Source: Patescibacteria group bacterium (GTDB lineage: Bacteria > Patescibacteriota > Minisyncoccia > Phycocordibacterales > UBA9973). Taken from it: a stretch of DNA of 64,000 bases. A program made the translations under genes and the position numbers. The notes beneath the pieces are model-generated. The model searched no databases. It had not been told where the DNA came from and saw only the letters and a program-made list of their open reading frames with translations. Location of the stretch: the NCBI GenBank assembly GCA_038063535.1, contig JBBTUV010000004.1, positions 114,238 to 178,237 of the forward strand, in the 5' to 3' direction. Positions 57,857 through 64,000 of this stretch are shown here, piece by piece (position 1 is the first letter of the stretch; the number at the start of each line of letters is the position of its first letter).

Positions 57857-59581
57857 TTATCGGTCCGGCGGGACTTCATAATAGTTTAGCAGAAATTTCG
57901 TGATGTTGAGGAAGGGGTCGGTCCAAGTTTCAGAAGCATAGCGCACGCCCTTGGGATCGATCGCGTAAAGAAAAACTATGAATCTTGGATTGTAGGCGGG
58001 GAAAACCCCGACAAAAGAGTGGTTATACCTGTCATCATAATATCCGCCGTCGGGGCTCGGCACTTGGGCGGTCCCGGTCTTGACCGCCACGCTCCAATGT
58101 TCAAGCTTCGAGGCGCCGCCGCGGATTCCTTTATCCATTACTAGAACCATCATCCGGGTGATCTCCTCGGCGGTGACTTTTGAAATTTTCGTGGGCTTGC
58201 CTTCATACTCAAATTTTTTGCTCGTGCCGTCGGTGTACTTGATCTCGGAAACCACGTGCGGAGTCACCATGACTCCGCCGTTTGCAAGCGCTGCGAGCGC
58301 GCGGGTAATCCCGATCGGCGTCATTGAAATACCCTGGCCGAAAGAAGCGTTGGCATACTCGATGTCGCGCGAAGCGCGGAGCCCCTCTTCGAGGTTCCGA
58401 GCCGAACCCACGACTTCGCCCGGGAGATCGATGTCGGTTTTTTTGTTGATATCGTAACCCAAGAGATAATCGTGCATCTTCTGTTTTCCGAGCCGCTTGT
58501 AGACGAAGACCATTCCTGTGTTCAGGGACTGCGAGAGCACCTCTTGCATACTTACTCCCTGTCCTCGGCCTTTGTCGTCAAAATTGTCTATCCTCCACTT
58601 GCCTTTGTCCACCATGACATAACCTTGGTCGTCATAAGTGGTTTCGGCCGTAAGCACTCCGGCATCGATCGCTGAGGCCATCACCAGAGGCTTCACCACC
58701 GAACCAAACTCATAGGCACTCTCAACGATCGGATTCGAGTAGATCGAGATGTCTCTTTCCTCTCCGTAATAGTTCGGGTCGAAGTTGGGCACCGTGGTCA
58801 TCGCGTAGATCGAGCCGTCGTGGGGGTTCATGATGACCCCGCCGACCGCGTCCGCATTGTATTTCGCCCGGACCGAGCCGAGCTCCTTCTCGAGAAAACT
58901 CTCGGCGGCGGGCTCGATGGTGGTAATCACATCCCCGCCGCGGTCATCGCCGGAGAAAAGCGTGTTCTTAAGATCGGTAAAAACTTCGGCGAAGAAATTG
59001 ATATAGGGGTTGTCCTTGTTTCGGGAAAGCAGGCCGTCGAATTTCTTCTCGAGGCCATAGCGCCCGGCGAGCTCATCCCCCTCCCAACCCACGAAACCGA
59101 CCAAGTGCGAGCCGAGCGTCCCTCCTGGATAGAAGCGCCACTTTTCTTTGAAAACGGAGACGCCAGGAATCTTGAGCGCCGAAACCTTATCGGCCTCCGA
59201 TTTCTCCAGACGATGCGCGACCTCTTCATAAATGTCGTTGGTTCTCCCCGCTTTCTCCATAAACTCGTCCTTCTCGAGCGCGATCGTTTCTGAAAGCCTT
59301 TCGTAAACTTTTTCCGGATCGGTAATTTGTTTCGGATTGATCGCGAGTTTAAAGCCGGAAGCTTGGGTAGCTAGGGAAACGAGATCACCGTCCTTACTTT
59401 TCATAAATATCACCCCGCGCTCGAAAATGTTCGAGGCTGGGGTAGCGTACTGCCGGTCCGCCCGCTCAAGATACGAGGAGGAGTGCACGATCTGGAGCAA
59501 AAAAAGTTTCCCCACGACAATGAGGATAAAGGCAAGTATGAGGACGGAAAGGATTATAGTTCGCGAAAAACTATATTTCAT
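57857..59581 (-). CDS. ftsI: Penicillin-binding protein 2/FtsI-type transpeptidase
   Basis: TM anchor + dimerisation domain + transpeptidase (SVVKP SxxK, SxN, KTG motifs); start placed at MKYSF (the track ORF extends to 59722 over ftsL). Confidence 0.85.
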   Translation of the reverse strand: MKYSFSRTIILSVLILAFILIVVGKLFLLQIVHSSSYLERADRQYATPASNIFERGVIFMKSKDGDLVSLATQASGFKLAINPKQITDPEKVYERLSETIALEKDEFMEKAGRTNDIYEEVAHRLEKSEADKVSALKIPGVSVFKEKWRFYPGGTLGSHLVGFVGWEGDELAGRYGLEKKFDGLLSRNKDNPYINFFAEVFTDLKNTLFSGDDRGGDVITTIEPAAESFLEKELGSVRAKYNADAVGGVIMNPHDGSIYAMTTVPNFDPNYYGEERDISIYSNPIVESAYEFGSVVKPLVMASAIDAGVLTAETTYDDQGYVMVDKGKWRIDNFDDKGRGQGVSMQEVLSQSLNTGMVFVYKRLGKQKMHDYLLGYDINKKTDIDLPGEVVGSARNLEEGLRASRDIEYANASFGQGISMTPIGITRALAALANGGVMVTPHVVSEIKYTDGTSKKFEYEGKPTKISKVTAEEITRMMVLVMDKGIRGGASKLEHWSVAVKTGTAQVPSPDGGYYDDRYNHSFVGVFPAYNPRFIVFLYAIDPKGVRYASETWTDPFLNITKFLLNYYEVPPDR

Positions 59582-59933
59582 TTCGTCCCGCTTCGCGAGC
59601 GCTTGCGCTGATACGCTCCGGAGAATTCCTCGAGACAAACTTCGGTTTGACTTCGGCAAAGCCGAGCGCTTTCGAATAGGACGCATCGATCTTCCCGAGC
59701 TCGGCGATGTAGGCAAGCTCAAGCTCGTTCACGTCATTGCCGAGCACCTGCGCCTCACGCTCAAGCGCTCTGCGCTCGACGATGTTCCAAACCGTAACAC
59801 AGAGGATGCTCGCGTAGAAAAGGCCGAGGAGCGCGATGCCGGCAAGGAGAAACTGTACAATTCTCTTGCGGTCCTCGTGACTTGCCGCAACGCTCGCGGT
59901 ATAACTATAAATTTTTATCGCTGCTCCTCTCAT
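59571..59933 (-). CDS. ftsL: Cell division protein FtsL-like (bitopic, coiled coil)
   Basis: 120 aa, single TM (LLAGIALLGLFYASILCV) followed by a heptad region; between rsmH and ftsI. Confidence 0.5.
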   Translation of the reverse strand: MRGAAIKIYSYTASVAASHEDRKRIVQFLLAGIALLGLFYASILCVTVWNIVERRALEREAQVLGNDVNELELAYIAELGKIDASYSKALGFAEVKPKFVSRNSPERISASAREAGRNEI

Positions 59934-60769
59934 TTGATTTTTTCGATTACCCTTAACTTTGCGCTTCGTGCCCTTTTGTTATTTTTAATTTCTTCCTCGG
60001 ATGCTACGATCGGTTTCTTATTGATTAATTTTCCGCCACCCTCTTTTACCTTCTCTTTATTGAAATTTTTGACGATTCTGTCTTCCAGGCTATGAAAACT
60101 GATCACTGCCATTCTCCCGCCGCCCTTCAGTGCTCGAAAGCCTTTTTCCAATCCCTCCTTGAGTGAGCCTAGCTCGTCGTTCACCGCAATTCGCAGGGCC
60201 TGAAAAGTTTTGGTCGCCGGATGTACCTTGCCCCTCCTTCGCACAGCACCCTCGATGATCTTTACGAGCTCGCCGGTCGTCCTGATCGATTTTTTACTTC
60301 TTGTCTCGACGATCGCCTTTGCGATCCTGCGTGCGTATCTTTCCTCTCCATATCCATAAATAATGTCGGCAAGGTTCTTCTCGCTCCAGTTGTTCGCAAT
60401 AACTTCCGCCGTGAGATCCGCATCCGGATCCATCGTCATTGCGAGTGGTTCATCTTTGGCGAACGTAAAGCCTCTTCCGGAATGCTCAAGCTGATCGCTT
60501 GAAAGCCCTAGGTCGAAGATGATGCTATCGATTTGTCCGACTTTTTCTCTCACGAGTACTGCGTCGAGGTTTCGAAAGTTCTCGTGATACGCGGCATCCG
60601 TGCTTTTATCCTGATCGATGCTGATCAGGCGAATCTCGGGAAATCTTTTCAGGATTTCCTTCGAGTGCCCGCCTCCGCCGTAAGTTGTATCCAAGACGAT
60701 CGAGTCCTTGCCCAAATCTAAACCCTCTATAATTTCATTTAAAAGAACTGCCCGGTGAATACTACTCAT
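59930..60769 (-). CDS. rsmH: 16S rRNA (cytosine1402-N4)-methyltransferase RsmH/MraW
   Basis: SAM-binding DTTYGGGGHS, 279 aa, dcw position. Confidence 0.9.
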   Translation of the reverse strand: MSSIHRAVLLNEIIEGLDLGKDSIVLDTTYGGGGHSKEILKRFPEIRLISIDQDKSTDAAYHENFRNLDAVLVREKVGQIDSIIFDLGLSSDQLEHSGRGFTFAKDEPLAMTMDPDADLTAEVIANNWSEKNLADIIYGYGEERYARRIAKAIVETRSKKSIRTTGELVKIIEGAVRRRGKVHPATKTFQALRIAVNDELGSLKEGLEKGFRALKGGGRMAVISFHSLEDRIVKNFNKEKVKEGGGKLINKKPIVASEEEIKNNKRARSAKLRVIEKIK

Positions 60770-61202
60770 CGCTTGCCAACTTCTCCGCTATCGCACTTTG
60801 CTCTTTCTCCGTCTCATCTAAATATTTTTTCCAGCTCGGGAGACTCCAGATCTCAACCCGGTCGCCTACTCCGACCAGCGCCGCTTCTTCCTTAAGTCCG
60901 ATTTTGTCTTTCAAAAAATTCGGTATGAGTATGCGTCCGATCGAATCGATTTCCACTTCCGTCGCTTGCCCGAACAAATTTCGATTGAACACCCGGAGAT
61001 CTCTCCGGAGAAACGAGAGTTCGGAGTTCTTGTGCGTAAGCGCGCCGCTGACTCTTTCCCATTCATTTGTTGTAAAGACAAACAAACAGTTGTCGAGCCC
61101 CGGAGTGATCACGACATTTTTCCCCATCTCGCGGCGAAACTTCGCCGGCAGTGGTACGCGATTCTTCTCATCCAGTCTGTGAATATATTCACCTATCAAC
61201 AT
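60762..61202 (-). CDS. mraZ: Transcriptional regulator MraZ
   Basis: Duplicated DxxxR-containing MraZ halves (LDEKNRVPLPAKFR; IDSIGRILIP); start placed at MLIGEY. Confidence 0.85.
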   Translation of the reverse strand: MLIGEYIHRLDEKNRVPLPAKFRREMGKNVVITPGLDNCLFVFTTNEWERVSGALTHKNSELSFLRRDLRVFNRNLFGQATEVEIDSIGRILIPNFLKDKIGLKEEAALVGVGDRVEIWSLPSWKKYLDETEKEQSAIAEKLASDE

Positions 61203-61316
61203 ACATTTCAAAATTTCCCACTTTTTCCCACCTGGAATCATTATAGAATACATCGCAAAACATCCACAAGTGCCTTCTGTGGATAAATATTCTTGTATTT
61301 ATTGAGTATTTATGTC

Positions 61317-62804
61317 CTAATTTGAGCTTTTTCTCTTCATTAGTGGAAACACCACACCTTCGCGGACAGAGATACCTTTTAGTACGCTGAATAGCCGCTC
61401 GGAGATTCCGAAGCCGACAGCGGGGGGCATGCCGTATTCCATCGCTTCGAGATAATCTTCATCAAGTATCTGCGCCTCGGTGTCACCTTTCTCACGCAGT
61501 TTCATCTGGGCTTCGAAGCGTTCGCGCTGGTCAAGTGGGTCGTTGAGTTCTCCAAAACCTTTCCCGAGCTCCATCGAGTAGGCGATCACCTGCATCCTCT
61601 CGACCAGTTTTGGATTTCTCCCGTTGCGCTTCGCAAGCGGTTCAAGTTCGACTGGCTGATTGATGAGAAAAATCGGACCAGCAAGTTTTTTCTTCTTCCA
61701 GACGATCCCCTCTTTCCTAACTTCTTTGAAAACAAGATCGAGTAGGCGCCCACGCTCGGCGAATTTCTGGTATTTCACTTTGCGCCCGTCCAAATATTTT
61801 TCCAAGTCTTTATCCTCGGCTTTATTGAGGTCGATACCGGTGTTCTCTTTGAAAAGCGGAAGGTAGTCCACCCTCTCCCACTTCCCGCTCCAGTCCATTT
61901 CCTCTCCTTTGAACTTTATCTTGAGCGTTCCGAAGGTTTCTTTGATCACGTGCTGATAAAGTTTCTCGATGAAATCGAGGAGCATCTCGAAATCCGCGTA
62001 GGCCCAGTAGAATTCCATCTGCGTGTAGTCCTGAAGATGAGTGCTCGAGATGCCTTCGTTGCGGAAAATCCTACCGATCTCGAAAACTTTTTCATAGCCG
62101 GCCACGAGCATTTTTTTAAGAGGTAGCTCGAGTGATATTCGCAAATAGAAATCCTCGTCGAGCGCCTTCATGTGCGTGACAAAAGGCTCCGCCTCCGCTC
62201 CGCCCGGGGTGGGCTCGAGCACCGGCATTTCAATCTCAAGAAACCCTGCCCGGATCATGAACTCCCGCATCGACGCCCAGAACTTGTTTTTTTCAATGAA
62301 AATCTGGCGCACCGCGGGGTCGGAGAGGATATCGAGGTAACGTTTGCGGAGTTTCGTCTCCTCATCCACCAAGCCGTGCCATTTTTCGGGAAGCGGGCGG
62401 AGGCTCTTGGCAAGCACTCGCCAGTCATGCGCTTCGAGAGTTTTTTCGCCTCTTTGAGTCGTGAAGAACTTGCCCTTGGCTTCCACAAAATCCCCGATAT
62501 CGATCGTACTTCCGAACAAATCGAATTTCTCCACTCCAAGCACGTCTTTCTTTAGAAGTATCTGGAAACCTCCAGTGCCATCGAAAAGCGTAAGGAACAT
62601 GATCGCGCCTTGCCCGCGGATGGAGAGGATCCTACCCGCCAGCCATTTGGCTCCTCCCTTATTTTCAAGTTCGGAGAATTTTTCTGCGGCTTCGGCGAGT
62701 GTAAGTTCCCTACTCGATTTGGAAGGAAAAGGCTCCAACCCCTTGCTCTTGAGAAGTTTGAGTTTTTTTATCCGGGTCTTCCTCTGCTCTTCTATTGAAG
62801 ACAT
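61317..62804 (-). CDS. lysS: Lysyl-tRNA synthetase, class II
   Basis: N-terminal OB anticodon-binding domain, class II motifs (FRNEG, GGAEA..F). Confidence 0.9.
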   Translation of the reverse strand: MSSIEEQRKTRIKKLKLLKSKGLEPFPSKSSRELTLAEAAEKFSELENKGGAKWLAGRILSIRGQGAIMFLTLFDGTGGFQILLKKDVLGVEKFDLFGSTIDIGDFVEAKGKFFTTQRGEKTLEAHDWRVLAKSLRPLPEKWHGLVDEETKLRKRYLDILSDPAVRQIFIEKNKFWASMREFMIRAGFLEIEMPVLEPTPGGAEAEPFVTHMKALDEDFYLRISLELPLKKMLVAGYEKVFEIGRIFRNEGISSTHLQDYTQMEFYWAYADFEMLLDFIEKLYQHVIKETFGTLKIKFKGEEMDWSGKWERVDYLPLFKENTGIDLNKAEDKDLEKYLDGRKVKYQKFAERGRLLDLVFKEVRKEGIVWKKKKLAGPIFLINQPVELEPLAKRNGRNPKLVERMQVIAYSMELGKGFGELNDPLDQRERFEAQMKLREKGDTEAQILDEDYLEAMEYGMPPAVGFGISERLFSVLKGISVREGVVFPLMKRKSSN

Positions 62805-63275
62805 TTAAGATACTTTGGTGATCTTATAATCCACCGTCGCTCCTGAGGGAGTTTTCACGCTTGCGGTATCACCTTTCTTTTTTCCAAAAAGCGCGAGCCC
62901 CATCGGTGAGAGATTAGAAATCTTCCCGGCGCTGGTATCCGCCTCATGAGCGCCTACCATCTGATAAGTTTTGGAATCCTTCTCACCGGTTTTCACCACG
63001 GTTACATATGAGCCGACGGTCACTTCTTCCCCGCCCGAGTGGATTACCACCTCGGAGCTGCGCAGGATTTCCTGGATCGTCGCGATTCGGGCCTCGAGTT
63101 TTCCCTGATCTTCCCTAGCCTGGTGATACTCCGCATTTTCGGACAGATCCCCGAGAGACTTTGCATACTCCAAGTTCGAGAGGATTTCCTTACGCTTCTC
63201 GCCGGAAAGATGCGCAAGCTCCTCCTTGAGCTCTTCCTTTTTTTCCTCGGTTATATAGCTTCCGTTACTTTTCAT
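62805..63275 (-). CDS. greA: Transcription elongation factor GreA
   Basis: N-terminal coiled coil with DLSENAEY, C-terminal FKBP-like domain. Confidence 0.85.
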   Translation of the reverse strand: MKSNGSYITEEKKEELKEELAHLSGEKRKEILSNLEYAKSLGDLSENAEYHQAREDQGKLEARIATIQEILRSSEVVIHSGGEEVTVGSYVTVVKTGEKDSKTYQMVGAHEADTSAGKISNLSPMGLALFGKKKGDTASVKTPSGATVDYKITKVS

Positions 63276-63340
63276 CCTTTTATATTAACAATTTTCACTT
63301 GAGGTTGCAAGAATTTTTTTCTGTGGTAGTCTAGAAGGAC

Positions 63341-63568
63341 ATGGCAAAAATCGTTGTGGAAGTTCAAAAAAATCCTAACGAATCGAGCGCAAGCGTATTG
63401 CGCCGTTTTTCTCGACGAATTCAGGAGTCGGGAATAATTCAGGAAGTGAAGGGTTCTCGGTTCGCTCTGCGGAAGGAGTCAAAACTGAAAGTAAAGAAAA
63501 GCACTCTCCGCCGCCTCGCTCGCCGAAAAGAAATCGAACGCCTCCGCAAACTCGGGAAAATAAAATAA
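63341..63568 (+). CDS. rpsU: 30S ribosomal protein S21
   Basis: 75 aa, highly basic, LRRFSRR...KRLARRKE pattern typical of S21; TTGCAA-16-TAGTCT boxes upstream. Confidence 0.75.
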   Translation: MAKIVVEVQKNPNESSASVLRRFSRRIQESGIIQEVKGSRFALRKESKLKVKKSTLRRLARRKEIERLRKLGKIK

Positions 63569-63978
63569 TGTACGAGAGAGTCAAAAGCGACATTCTCGGG
63601 AAGGAATATTCCCTCTCGCTGGCCTTTATTTCCTCGAAAAGATCAAGGGAGATAAATAAAAAGTACCGGGGGGTGGACAAACCGACGAACGTGCTCGCAT
63701 TCCCCTATTCGCGCCAAGAGGGGGAAATCCTCCTCACCCCTTCCGTCATAGGCAAGGAGGCGCAGGCTCTCGGGAAAAGTCAGAAGGAGTGGGAAAGGTA
63801 CCTCGTTATCCACGGCATGCTCCATTTGAAAGGTATGCGACATGGTAGTAAAATGGAGGAAGCCGAAGAAAAATATTCGCAAAAGCATGCCACGAAACAT
63901 CTCTATCGCAATAGTTCCTGGCTCCGAGACGGTGCAAGTCGTAGTCGGAGAATTTCAAAAAGGAGAGAAATATCCTAA
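63568..63978 (+). CDS. ybeY: rRNA maturation endoribonuclease YbeY
   Basis: HGMLHLKGMRH zinc-binding motif (HxxLHLxGxxH); runs to the end of the window region. Confidence 0.8.
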   Translation: MYERVKSDILGKEYSLSLAFISSKRSREINKKYRGVDKPTNVLAFPYSRQEGEILLTPSVIGKEAQALGKSQKEWERYLVIHGMLHLKGMRHGSKMEEAEEKYSQKHATKHLYRNSSWLRDGASRSRRISKRREIS

Positions 63979-64000
63979 GGTTATCGGCTACGGCGAGACT

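Overview
This 64 kb window reads as a gene-dense chromosomal core segment of a small-genome bacterium, most consistent with a Patescibacteria/CPR-like lineage. The main reasons are listed below.

- Genes are short, tightly packed and frequently overlap by 4 nt.
- Shine-Dalgarno sequences are almost absent, and sigma70-like -35/-10 boxes often sit only 6-8 nt before the ATG.
- The gene content fits: class I fructose-bisphosphate aldolase, a PaaX-like regulator, a standalone VirD4-like ATPase, a short Rel and a short DnaX.

It is almost entirely housekeeping. Recognisable genes include an MsbA-like ABC exporter, dnaK, purL with a PRTase, dnaX, dus, ftsQ-like, serS, dprA, topA, rel, parB, murA, miaA, dedA, murI, ddl, an M24 peptidase, rseP, frr, a holB-like gene, mreB, rsmI, the complete F1Fo ATP synthase operon (atpZ-like-BEFHAGDC), an RRM RNA-binding protein, prfA, rpmE, L25, an FAD-linked oxidase, fba, gatB, a MacAB-like HlyD/FtsX/ABC exporter, obg, MYG1, yqeY, an exonuclease, rmuC, a dcw block (mraZ-rsmH-ftsL-ftsI-murF), lysS, greA, rpsU and ybeY. 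Five tRNAs were found by eye (Gln-UUG, Leu-CAA, Trp-CCA, Ile-GAU, Glu-CUC), plus an rpmG (L33) gene too short for the ORF track. No CRISPR array, transposase, integrase or obvious prophage was seen.

The features that look unusual are:
- two paralogous ~565-aa cysteine-rich proteins with internal duplications, each translationally coupled into an operon;
- a promoter-driven, GC-rich ~370-450 nt locus between rmuC and tRNA-Glu, which carries an SRP-RNA domain-IV-like motif and could alternatively encode an 84-aa Cys/Pro-rich protein behind a rare perfect SD;
- a standalone VirD4-like ATPase with a zinc ribbon;
- a glutaminase-less large-type PurL.
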